Assembly: GCF_000485595.1 (NCBI RefSeq) | Contig: NW_014577083.1 | Location: 854,976 to 914,211 of the forward strand | Direction: 5' to 3' | DNA length: 59,236 nt | From: Priapulus caudatus | Lineage: Eukaryota | In this document: in pieces, positions 39,665 to 51,262 of the stretch | Layout of the letters: each line of letters begins with the position of its first letter | Numbering within the stretch: the first letter of the stretch is position 1 | The notes under the pieces: model-generated | Databases searched by the model: none | Told to the model about the DNA's origin: nothing | Seen by the model: the letters and a program-made list of their open reading frames with translations, nothing else | Program-made: the position numbers and the translations under genes

Positions 39665-40187
39665 CTTGAAGCTATTGTTATCTTCTTATGAACTGTTGTG
39701 TGAGTACCAGAGTTTTAAAAAAGCGCTGAAACTGTTTATATATTAGTTGCTATTTTTGCTAACACTGTCATTTGCAACTACTACCATGAGTGTGAAAAAC
39801 ACAGCTGTATATATAAAGCTTGAAAGCCGTAGTACATATAAGTAGGTACGTTAGCAACAACGACACAATGAACCGGTACTCGTACATTTATATAGTTTTC
39901 ATGCAAATCTCCTTGGTATATGACGGAGTGAGAGTCCTCACCATATTCTCAGCCTGTATTGGTTAACAAAACATCTACCCTATGCATGCTAATAACACAA
40001 CTCACAATAATAACAATTTGAGAGATTCAATGGAGAATGAGTTTACAAAATACTTCACCTTCATGGCAGTAGTATACATGATCAACATCTAAGTCAACGA
40101 ATATCATCATCATCATCATCATCATCCTCATCATCATCATCATCATCATCATCATATCCATTATCATCATCATCATCATCAAATCAC

Positions 40188-40229
<42 letters not shown>

Positions 40230-40394
40230 GCTCTACCACCACCACCATCATCATCATCATCACTGTCAACAATAACAACAACAAAGAATGCTAGCAAGCA
40301 GATACAGCACAATAGTAGTAGCAAACCATTTATATGCCTTTTATGCAATCATCAAGGACTTGCGCTCTATGATTATGTAGATATAGGCTGTTCC

Positions 40395-40428
40395 TCAAGA
40401 GCCCTTCTTCAGCAATGTTAGTATCATG
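40395..40428 (-). CDS. CNIH4: Cornichon homolog 4, last coding exon
   Basis: ttttcag|C ATG ATA CTA ACA TTG...TGA gives (C)MILTLLKKGS*; phase matches the previous exon. Confidence 0.85.
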
Positions 40429-40871
40429 CTGAAAATGTAGAAATCATCATCACTTATGTATCTAGTTGTTCAGAGGTTAATCAGTAAATATTATTCACTT
40501 AACAAGACAGGTACTTACTATTCAAATAGCATTGTGAACAAATATGAGTTGATGTGGATAGAAAATATCAAGATAAATATGCTGGCAAATGGTTAATTTC
40601 TTCAGTGTAATTCGTAGATCTATCCATTATTTTAGTGTTATCTGTACTGCACGCCACGTTCCCAAAAGTTGAGCCACAACAAGATTCAAACAACATCTGC
40701 CATTCACAAAATCTATTTATAAGGAATTATTTCATCTGGCACTCGAGAGTAAAAGCACTAAAATAAGGATGTAAAATCTGAGCTATCTCTGTATCAGAAG
40801 AACAGGTATAGAGACAATGAAAACCAGCATGCAAGATAAATGTGGTGAATAAGAATTATGAGGATTCCTAC

Positions 40872-41012
40872 CAGTATAAGTATATAAAGAAGATGATTAG
40901 GTGGAATGAGAGCTTGGCCATGCTTTCTTTCATGTGCCGAGACAGGTCGCCATGGTTATGAATCTCGGCAGGATCATATTGACCTAGGTGTCCTCTTGGT
41001 ATGAACCAAAAC
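40872..41012 (-). CDS. CNIH4: Cornichon homolog 4 exon
   Basis: [46 protein letters not shown] matches the CNIH4 pattern DPTEIHN...HMKE...KL.FHL..FF.YLY. Confidence 0.93.
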
Positions 41013-41143
41013 CTGCAGAGAAGTTTAATCAGCTAAGTACATGACATTCAGGAAATAAGTGTGGGATAGTGTTATGATAAAATATCACACTACTAATGTT
41101 ACACAATAGCATCATGGTAATTTCGCTCAGTAATATCATGATT

Positions 41144-41402
41144 CAGTGTTTCCCCTGGCCAAAAAGGTCTGTGAGGTGGTAAATTTTGGTGACTGCACGT
41201 TTCGAGGTCCTAGCAAAGCAAAGTATATATTTGTTCAGAATTTTTTAGAAAATCCCCCCAGAAATCTTTTGAAAAAATGGTGCAATTTTGTGCATTCTAA
41301 GCTATTTTCGTCAGCGAGGCGGGGTTTTGGACAAATTTCTGTGAGCCGGCTTAGAATTTGAGCGAGGCCCGCCTCGCTCGTGTCAATGCAGGGGAAACAC
41401 TG
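41144..41402. mobile_element. MITE with cagtgtttcccctg TIRs (hAT-like) in a CNIH4 intron
   Basis: cagtgtttcccctg...caggggaaacactg; TSD not clear. Confidence 0.7.
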
Positions 41403-41445
41403 ATGTTTCATACAGCTTCTTCTTTCTAGTCACATACACCCTCAC

Positions 41446-41558
41446 CTGTAGCAATGACATGCCAATACTGGGAGATTAATCAGAAATAGTATTGGATGCC
41501 ATGTAGGTAGCAGGATGATGGTGAGCAGTCCATGTGCTACCAGCTCTGGTCCCATCCA
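41446..41558 (-). CDS. CNIH4: Cornichon homolog 4 exon
   Basis: WMGPELVAHGLLTIILLPTWHPILFLINLPVLACHCYR; AG/GTGAG-bounded. Confidence 0.92.
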
Positions 41559-41872
41559 CTGAAATATATAGATGAGTGGAGACCACATACATAGCTGTGG
41601 CCAGAGGCGCCATCTATCAAATAAAATGGGTATTGAAATTTTGACAAAATTTCACCAGCAACCATGAATGTACTGTGTGTGTAATGGTGCCACTACACAC
41701 GGTAACATAACAACCTGTGAAGTGTCGCGTCTTGATATGGCTAGTCTATGAAGCCAGCAAAATTAATAATTCACAGTTTGGATCATTGATCTACAAAAAC
41801 AAATGTCTATAACTAATAAATCCACATGATCCCAATTAAACATCCAAATGCCAAATGACCCATTAATCTTAT

Positions 41873-42599
41873 CAGGAGTAGATAATAGGGAAGGAGTGTG
41901 ACTTCAATAAACAAGGGAAATTCGTCATTTACTAGCCTTATAATACCTATGATTTACTACGCGTAACTCATTCAACTTGAGCTCAAATCGTACACAGTAC
42001 ATTCGCCTAGCATCGTGCGAAATCGTTTCCTCGTATACACCTGCAATCCGGAGATACAGACTAAAACGTACGACACGATTTTCCATTCTGTTGCCAGCAA
42101 ACTCGATGCGTTCAGAGCCTAATTTGAAACAAAAGGCAGCTACTAACGCTCGGCGATGCGGTGTGACTCGCTGGGAGATTGGACATTGACGCAACACTCG
42201 GCGAGATAACCTTTGACCCGGCACACAGCTACATACCGGCATACAGCTGGTATGCCCCCCACGCACGCACGCCCACCGCAGTCAGCAGCAATCTCCCAGC
42301 GAGCCACACCGTATCGCCGAGCGTTAGTATAGCTGCCTTTTGTTTCAAATTAGGCTCTGAACGCATCGGGTTTGCTGGCAACAGAATGGAAAATCGTGTC
42401 GTACATTTTAGTCTGTATCTCCGGATTGTGGGTGTATACGAGGAAACGATTTCGCACGATGCTAGTCGAATGTACTGTGTACGATTTGAGCTCAAGTTGG
42501 ATCAGTTACGCGTAGTAAATCATAGGTATTATAAGGCTAGTAAATGACGAATTTCCATTGTTTATTGAAGTCACACTCCTTCCCTATTATCTACTCCTG
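41873..42599. mobile_element. Foldback DNA transposon with ~310-bp TIRs and 7-bp TSD (ATCTTAT)
   Basis: Arms 41873-42181 and 42289-42599 are near-perfect reverse complements (mirrored ORFs in the track). Junctions read atcttat|caggag...ctcctg|atcttat. Confidence 0.92.
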
Positions 42600-42611
42600 A
42601 TCTTATCTTAC

Positions 42612-42680
42612 CCAGTTCAGCTTGCTGCAACAGTCCTTCGCATTTAGATAATCGCACTCTAAATCTGAAAGCGTTATAAC
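42612..42680 (-). CDS. CNIH4: Cornichon homolog 4 exon 2
   Basis: [23 protein letters not shown] contains the cornichon signature LSDLECDY.N. Confidence 0.95.
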
Positions 42681-42692
42681 CTGCAAAAATTC

Positions 42693-42700
42693 ATTAAGGA
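42693..42700 (-). promoter_or_regulatory. Candidate U12-type branch point of CNIH4 intron 1
   Basis: Minus strand reads ttttccaTCCTTAATgaatttttgcAG|, a TCCTTAAY motif ending ~12 nt before the exon. Confidence 0.6.
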
Positions 42701-42714
42701 TGGAAAATCATGTG

Positions 42715-43048
42715 AAACTAGTGCACTCGGAGAGCACAGACCTCCGCCAAGGCAGCTGAATTCTCTCAATGTGAAATTTTTAATTAATTAATTAATTAAT
42801 TAAGTGGAAAATTAATTAATTAATTAATTAAATAATTAATTGGATCCGGATTAGTGTGAGCGTGCAGGTGGGGGAGGACTGTGGTTGCCGCTTAGCCTGT
42901 GGTTGCGTGTTTGTAAGTCTACAGCCAGCGCACCTAGCGGAAGTGAACTGAAACGTGCATGTTAACAAACCCACAAACACACAAACCAACACTCAAACAC
43001 ACGCCGGTGAAAACATAACCCCCGCCAAGCCCCTGGCAGAGGTAATAA
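42715..43048 (-). mobile_element. Non-autonomous Helentron-type (HINE/DINE-like) element
   Basis: Minus strand: ttattacctctgccagg...ggttatgttttcacc, then a GTTT-rich tract, then ...ccttggcggaggt-ctgtgctctccgagtgcac-tagttt. This gives subterminal inverted repeats, a 3' hairpin and T-rich ends. Confidence 0.75.
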
Positions 43049-44287
43049 CAGACAGACGTCCTGTGGTTATAGCCATGAGGGATCAGTCTGACTATCTAAC
43101 AATGAAATTTAAGATAAACCCAAAAATGTTAATCTGTAGTAAAATATAATATTACCTAGATGAGCAAATATATTTACATCAACGTGAAAATTATCATCAA
43201 TTTATGCTGCTATTGATAATAAACACGTAGTTGTGCAGGTTACTTCCAGCAACATTCTTTCATTCTACAAAAACGAAATTAGAACATGGAGACGGCACAA
43301 ACATAAGCGTGTGCATTATAGGCTAGTCCGGGGGGGGGGGTGTCACTATATATGCCGGTATTACCCCATGTGCGTTCCAAATTTTGCGAGTTAGGGGGGT
43401 GTTTTTCAACTTCTAAAGCGGGCCCGCGCGGGAGCAAATAGTCCCCCCTTTACAAAGCTAATCCCGCAATAAGCCCTCGGGATCCTTCAAGTCAAGCACC
43501 GCGCCCGCAGTAGGCCCCCCTCACGGGTCCCCTCCATTCCCTCCATTTTGCAGACTGGCGCAGGTTAATAAGCTCTGATATTAAAACAAGACACACAAGT
43601 TCCAATTATAATTACAGCGGCCCTATTGAATTCAACATGGCCGCCATCACATTTTACTCTGTACTTCAAAGTGATCAATGACATAGTATAACAGATTACA
43701 AACAAACATGGTGAAATGTGAATTACCGGTTTTTCTCAGTATATAACAAACACAATGCCAAACTCAATCCCCAGTGTGAGAGAGAGATAATTCAAGACAA
43801 CAAGTTGTAGTATACAGTACACAAGAACATGCATGGCAAGCTAAATAATACTATTGTTCAAGTTAAACAAATGTCTCGAGACTGCATTGTCCACAAGTTG
43901 TCGCAGATTGTCACTCAGTGCGGTAACATGTACCTGCACAAACACAAATATAGTACTTGTATGTTACACTGTACATAATAGTATCTGTTATGTGGCGTGC
44001 GTTCTCGCGGCGTATAGGTTATCTGTTATGTGCGTGTGCTCGCGCGCGTATATAGCTATCTGTTATGTGCGTGGCGTGCTTGCGCGCGTATATAGCTATC
44101 TGTTATGTGGCGTGCGTGCGTTCTCGCGGCGTATAGGTAACTGTTATGTACGTGTGCGTGTCGTCTCGCGGCGTATAGTACCTGTATGTGGCGTGTTGTG
44201 GCTTGCGCGCCGTATATAGCTTCTGTTTGTGCGTGCGTTCTCGCGGGCGTATAGATACCTGTTATGTGCGTACGTTCTCGCGCGCGG

Positions 44288-44772
44288 CAGGCCCGTAGCC
44301 AGCTTTCTATTGGGGGGGGTTCGTTTTTCAATGTTGGCAATTTGCTCGCAGGGGCGTGTACAGGATTTGTACCAGGGGGGGTGTAACCGTAACCCAAAGG
44401 TGGCGAGCACGCGAAGGGGGGGTCTGGGGCACTCCCCCAGAATTTTTTTAAAATTAGACCCCCCTTAGATGCGTTTTCTGCACGAGCAAGGGGGGTCCGG
44501 ACTCCCTGGACCCCCCCTGTACACGCCCTGCTCGGCGCGAAGCGACCAGGCGAGAGAGCCAAGCGACGAGCGGGGGAGGGTGTGGGAGGGGGTGTTCACT
44601 GTCACCTCCCGCACGATGAGATTTGCAATTATTACACTAAAATGGAGCGACCTGAGGTGAAATTCTTGCAAAATTTTCAAAATTATTATTTTTTTGCTTG
44701 GGGGGTGGGGGGGGACGGGCTCGGGGGGGGGGTTCGTTCGAACCCCCCGAACCCCCCCTGGCTACGGGCCTG
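44288..44772. mobile_element. MITE with caggcccgtagccag TIRs, carrying a nested MITE
   Basis: caggcccgtagccag...ctggctacgggcctg; interrupts a minisatellite unit. Confidence 0.8.
44349..44530. mobile_element. Nested MITE
   Basis: caggggcgtgtacagg...cctgtacacgccctg; ctcg on both flanks. Confidence 0.75.
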
Positions 44773-45459
44773 CGCGCGTATATAGCTTCTGTTATGTGCG
44801 TGCGTTCTCGCGGGCGTATAGGTACTGTTATGTGCATGCGTGCTCGCGCGCGTATATAGCTTCTGTTATGTGCGTGCTCGCGCGCGTATATAGCTTCTGT
44901 TATGTGCGTGGCTCGCGCGCGCGTATATAGCTTCTGTTAATGTGCGTGCGTGGCGTTCTCGCGGGCGTATAGGTATCTGTTATGTGCGTGCGTGCTCCGC
45001 GGCGCGTATATAGCTTTCTGTTATGTGGCGTGCGTGCTCGCGGCGCTATCGCTATCTGTTATGGCTCGTGCGTTCTCGCGGGCGTATAGGTAGGTACCTG
45101 TTAATGTGCGCGCGTCTCTGCGGCGTATAGGTACTTGTTATGTGCGTGCGTTCTCGCGGGCGTATAGGTACCTGTTATGTGCGTGCGTGCTCGTGCGCGT
45201 AATATAGCTATCTGTTATGTGCGTGCGTGCGTTTCGCGGGCGTATAGCTATCGTTATTGTGTGCGTGGGTGCTCGCGCGCAGTGAGTTTTGAACTGCTTG
45301 TGTACTACGTCGCATTTACTTGAAGAACGGTACGTTGAAAATGCGTGTTTAGAAGCTCCACGATAAAATGCGTGTTTTTCCATCGTTTCCAACAGCGTGT
45401 TGGATAGCGGCACGTGTCGACTTGGCCGGCTGGGTATTATCCTGCGCCCGTCTGCAAAT

Positions 45460-45827
45460 TTTCACGTCTTCTATATCTTCCGTGAACGAAATATTGCTAA
45501 AGTTTGTAATTTTTATGCCAGCCATTTTGAATCCAAGATGGTGGCCGAAAACGCCGTATTGGATCATATGCATCACGTTGTTGTATGAAATAGTAACCCA
45601 AATTACGGTCTGTCAGTCAATTTTCGAGTCTGTACGAAGATTATTAACCGAGATATAGCTATTTTTAAGAAATGACGGCGGCCCTTTTTGAATTCAAGAA
45701 TGGCGGCCGAAGTTGTAATTGATGCGCGTGTGTCCCTGTCTTTAAATGAAAGAGCATACAAAAGTATGCAAGTGTACCAATTTTCACACTTTTTTCACAT
45801 TTTGAAAGATTTTTTTCTAATCTACTG
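45460..45827. repeat. Dispersed repeat (DNA-transposon end-like); second copy at ~49188-49562
   Basis: ~370 bp shared between the two loci. Both end in ...actg|ta, compatible with a Tc1/mariner-type terminus. Confidence 0.65.
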
Positions 45828-46490
45828 TACTATTGTGTGTATTGCATTCTGCCTACTGCTACTGGTTTGTATACTGCTGGCTCCACCTGTCGTCATGCCC
45901 ATGCTCTCTAGCTCTCACCCGTCCGAGAATAAATACCAGAGAAGGGGGCAAGAGAAACGTGAAGTAGTCGTGTCTAAACGGTTCCGACATTCATTTTGCA
46001 GATATTTTGTCAAAATCGCTCTGCGTGTTACACTGGCATCACCAAACTGTCAGTATTGCGAAAAATAAAAAGTTTCGCCCAACGAGAGAATCAGGAACGT
46101 TTTGTGACAACATGCGCAGGGCACGCGTACACACACGCGTACGATAAGCGTGTGCTAGACTCTACATTGCATCAAAGAGATAATAACACATTAGCATAAT
46201 ACATAAACTATAATATGTATATTAGCTCTTTAACAATTTTCACAAACCACAAATTTTATTAATCGCTATCGCTACTAAGTAAACTCGTATAACTTCTAAA
46301 TATTAGTCGTTAAAGGACAAGGTGATCAAAATAGACAGATCAAACACTTGCGGATCGCAGCAGAAAATACCTCAAATTTGAAATATTTCTCCGCAACTCA
46401 CAGCTTTAGTAGAAAGGCTCAGTGGTGAAATTATTGTACAATATAATTATTAATAGCACAGTATATACTATGGGAGCGTATTGCTGAGAG

Positions 46491-46742
46491 GGTCTATGTC
46501 CCCCGGGGTACTGCCGGAACGTACCCTGGTACTATCTAATAGCCGGACCGTACTCGCCTACTCCACTAACGAGTCTAGGGAGTCGCCTACGCCTACTCCC
46601 TAACCCTAACCTTAACCGCGAACCGTAACCCTAAACCCTAATTTAACCCTAACCATATCAAATAGTGACCAGGGTACGTTCCGGTATACCGGACCGTACC
46701 CAGGGTATGTTCCGGCAGTACCCTAGCTGGGGGACATAGACC
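46491..46742. mobile_element. Small TIR element with internal (TAACCC)-like repeats
   Basis: ggtctatgtccccc..gggtactgccggaac.taccctgg.tac and its reverse complement at the other end; cctaaccctaaccttaacc inside. Confidence 0.6.
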
Positions 46743-47135
46743 ATATGAGCTATAGTATTGATACACCCTCTGCGTTTCTACCTCACTCTCTCCTTTCTCT
46801 CCTCTTTCCTTCCTCTTCCCCTCTCTCTCCCTTTCCCTCAGTCTTTGGCATCCCATCTCTCAAATGGTATCGCCTACGACCTCGTTAGCACGGCGAATTT
46901 TGTCCAGGCAAATGGCCGTATTTCGTCTAGAACTTTTTCACCCCAAAGTACAAAATGTGGATATGTGGCTATAATGCGCGTTTTTACAGTCACACAAACA
47001 CGCATAAACACACGAACGGGTGTGCACACGCGGACGCACGAACACACACACACATGCACGCACGCACGCACACGCACGCACGCAGCGCGCGCGCGCGCGC
47101 GCGCACAACACACACACACACACACACACACACAA

Positions 47136-47175
<40 letters not shown>

Positions 47176-47206
47176 GCACACACACACACCACACACACAC
47201 ACACAG

Positions 47207-47240
<34 letters not shown>

Positions 47241-50200
47241 GTATATATATATATATATATATATATAATTACTGTTAGTAACAATCGTGAGTAAAACATT
47301 TTGATCATTNNNNNNNNNNNNNNNNNNNNNNNNNCGTAATCGGTGTAGGGCCCTGCCTTTTTTCAATACGGTAGACACGTAACACGTGTGTGCTGTGGGT
47401 GCGTGTGCACGTGCCGTGCCGTGCGTCCGTGCGCTGTGTGGCGCGCTGTGTGCACGTACACGGTGTGTGCGTGCGTGTGCACGTACACGTGCGTGTGTGT
47501 GTGCATGTGCACGTACACATGCGTGCGTGTGCACGTACACGTGCGTGCAATGCAATAGGCACTACATGTGCGGTCGTTGTGGTGCTGCGTGCGTGTGTGC
47601 CACGTCGTGCGGTGCGTACCGTGGCGGTACGCGTGCGTGTAGCGCACTGTTCGCGTACACGTACGTGCGGTACGTAAGCACGTACATGTGTTGTCGGCTG
47701 TGATCGCGTGTGCACGTACATCGTGCGCGCGTAGCAATGGGCACGTACACCGTGTGTCGGTGCCGTGCGTGTGACGTAACTGCGTGTTGCGCGTACACGT
47801 GCGAGCGCGTGTTCACCACGTGCGTGCGTGGGGGCACGTACACGTGTTGTGCGGCGTGGGCGGTGGCGGTGGACGTTGCGTCGTGCCGTGTGCAGCTACA
47901 CGTGCGTGCGTGTGCACTTTCATCACCTCTTTTGATCGCCACACACCATTTCAGAATCTCAAGTTCTGGTCACCTTGGCGCCCCACTGTTTCGTGAACCG
48001 GCATGGTGCTGTCTTATTCATAGACACGTACGCTGGCCATCTAATTTTCTCAGCCTGCGATTTACGATTGTGTGAGGTGGAGGGCGAGCGCCGTCCAAGA
48101 TACGTTCCACAAACTACCTTGGATGAATTAGTATAAAATTATTATCTGTTAGTTGCGATAAGGATGTTACCTGACTTATAGCTTTCACTACTATTTGTGT
48201 TGACTAGCCTTCAAGTAGCACCCGCATTGCGATGTGAGTTGCGATGTAAATTACGGAAGCAGCCCTAAAAAAATAACTGATTAGTTGTGTCATTTCTACA
48301 AATCAAAGCCGTTTGTGTCTAGGAGTTCAACAGCTTTACTGTCAAGTGATCGATTGGTGAGACTGGGGTTCGGTGGCCCGCCATTGTTTAAGCAATGTTT
48401 ATACTGCCATAGGGTCTAGCATGCTTTCAGCGGCATGCAGAGGCGTGCTAGGGCGTTACATTGTACTTAGAGTGTCTAAACAAGGAAAACTTGTTCAATT
48501 GGTTAGATGAGTTATATATAGCCTTTTTGATCTTGCGTGAGCTTAGACAACGCTGCCGCTGGTAAAATCGATGGGAAATTGGCGACGGTGAGGGACGGGG
48601 AAATATAACTAGTCCCGCCTGGACCTAACTGCTGATGGGAATCTACTAGTGCTTCTGGTTTTTTACTAGTCTCGGACTAAGCGGACTAGCGTTAGTGTCG
48701 AACCGCTGGGCCTAGCCACTAGAACTACAGTATAGACTCTAGGCCCCTTCTGCTCTGCCACGGCCAGACTATCTAGTGATACGATTATAATGGACTTATG
48801 AAATAGCGTTCTTGCGTGGATTGAGAGACAAATAAGAACATCAGCTGGTTAGAAGACTCTATAGGAGGAAGCAATGGTAGAGAAATTAAACGACAACAAC
48901 AACATAATTTTATAACACTACTCCCAGGCGGGGGGGGCGGGTACTATATATGCCGCGTATACCCCATCGTGCGTTCTCACTAAAAGTGAATAGCCCCTAG
49001 TGCGAAACTGCAACTTTGGAGAACCCTAAACCCCCTCATATAGAGACCACAATTGAAGAATACCACCCCCTATTGATACCAACTGAAAATATCCCACCCC
49101 TATTGCATACACAATGAAAGAGTCCTACCCGCCCGACCCCTACCCCCTATTGCGCAGGTCTTGCACGACAAGTGGAGGGCAAAGAGTTTCCACGTCTCTA
49201 TATCTTCCGTGAACGGAAAAACTGCTAAGTTTGTAATTTTTATGGTGGCCATTTTTAATCCAAGATGGTAGCCAAAAACGCCCTTGGATAACATGCATCA
49301 CGTTGTTATATGAAATAGTAACCCAAATTACGTCTGTCAGTCAATTTTCAAGTCTGTACGAAGATTATTAACCGAGACATAGCATTTTTTTTAAGAAATG
49401 ACGGCGACCATTTTTGAATTCAGGATGGCGGCCGAAGTTGTAGTTGGATCGCGTGTGTCTTGTCTTTAAATGAAAGAGCATACAAAAGTATGCAAGTGTA
49501 CCAATTTTCACACTTTTTTCACAATTTGAACGATTTTGATGGTATCCTGACCTAACCGACTGTACTACAACCAGTGCGTATAAGATAGAGTTATCACAAT
49601 ATAACGCTGGTGTTACAAATACACATAGTATTTTATTCATCATAAATATCCTGTACGTACATAATATTCAGGCCAAAATCAAGAGAAATTCAAATCAGAA
49701 TGATCTAAAATATAATCTGTCCTGCAGCGTCACTTCCAGTCGTTATGGTGCTGCGCATGATTCCTATTATATTGGTTGCACATTTCTAACAGCCCGTGAA
49801 CGATACAGTACCTATACTGTAAAACTATCATTTTTATCTACATGAAATATGAAGTATTTCTACGAAAATATATGCTTTGAAACGACTAATTAATGCATCC
49901 ATTTATAATGGAATTACGTAAATGAACAAAAAACATCACAACATTAGCCTGACCAATAGCCACACGAATCTTATCACAACCGCCAATTACATGATCAGGA
50001 AACAAAATCATCGTCGTGGTAAAAATAATTAATGACCGATATAAGATATTCGGATGTAATTAGGATTTTTGTCTAGTAACTTTCAAGGTCAATCATGTCG
50101 GTTGCAGTACGTATCTTTGCTCGACTATATGTCGGGCTAGTAATATGTAGTCATGGTCAGCCGCTAACAAGCAGAGAGATCAACCTAATCTCCACGCAAC

Positions 50201-51019
50201 TACACATGTAGTACACAGCACCGTAATTACATTAAATCTAGCCTTGAAAAGATGCCATATTTTTAAGCATTACGTACACTATTGTACTTCGTTTCATCAT
50301 GGATCTGTAAGTAGATTACAGTTAAATGGCTTTAATTGTCATATGATAGAAAATACTGGTGCATTTTAATTCAATAATATCGTCACGATTGCTAATCGTA
50401 GACAACGTTCGTAATGTTTGTGTGTGTGTGAGAGAGAGCGTGGGTGCGTGAGTGCGTATATATCTTATAAATATGTTACACATGGATATATCTCATTCGC
50501 ATAATTGAATCTAGTATCGTAAAACCACCAGCACAACGAACACGGATACATGCACACACAATCACGTTCGAGGTAATAAACACAAAGCGAGGGACGATGT
50601 AATGAACAGAAACATCACGATATAATAATTACAATTTTAGGACTATTTACATTTGGACAGGTACAAAACTCACGTAGCAGCACCTCGCAACACCTCGTAT
50701 TATCATGTGTGGCTCCTCCTCCATCTATCTATCTTATAGCAGATACCACCTGCGTTCACGTGAATCTCACGAGTGCATGTCCCCGCAACATGTACAACGT
50801 ATGCATAAAACCTCCCTTCTTATTTCATATAGCTATTTAAACATGATTCAGAACGCGATATATCGTGTAGAGGTGAATACCTTCAGCACTCTACGAACGC
50901 CTAAAATGTGCGCATGTATGTTATGGCCTCACCTACAGTCCTCCATCGCGCCGTCAAAGTACGTGGTGAGATATCTTGCAGAAAGCGACTAAGCGAGCCT
51001 AGTATCGCCCCAGAGACGC

Positions 51020-51262
51020 GCATCTCAACTGTGGGTCGTGACTCGTGCCTCACAGCTCAAGATACTCGGGTTCCGCCTCATCTCCGCTCAGCTCTGGGTC
51101 AAGCGTCTCGACTGTGGGTCGTGCCTCACAGCTCGAGGTACTCGGGTTCTGCCTCGTCTCCGCTCAGCTCCGGGTCGAGCGTCTCGACTGTGGGTCGTGC
51201 CTCAGAGCTCGAGGTACTCGGGTTCAGCCTCGTCTCCGCTCAGCTCCGGGTCGAGCGTCTCG
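51020..51262. repeat. ~3 copies of a 76-bp tandem repeat spanning the RSF1-like stop codon
   Basis: gcgtctcg recurs at 51103, 51179 and 51255 (period 76), with a diverged copy at 51020. Confidence 0.9.

Larger units (their letters stand above)
43980..45280. repeat. ~36-bp minisatellite (tatagcttctgttatgtgcgtgcgttctcgcgggcg-like)
   Basis: Degenerate tandem units on both sides of the nested MITEs. Confidence 0.85.

Noticed and set aside
41925..42547. Paired near-identical ORFs on opposite strands
   Set aside because: A by-product of the foldback element's inverted arms, with no transposase motifs.
43328..43377. Short shared motif (ccggggggggg..actatatatgccg..taccccat.gtgcgttc), also at ~48925-48976
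   Set aside because: Probably a transposon end, but no opposite terminus or TSD was found, so it is not called.
43766..43933. Good minus-strand acceptor (tttgtgcag) followed by a short open frame
   Set aside because: No recognisable protein similarity and no partner exon.
46310..46400. Minus-strand SVYF codons followed by a TCCTTT-like sequence as CNIH4 exon 1
   Set aside because: There is an in-frame stop immediately upstream, no hydrophobic helix and no valid donor.
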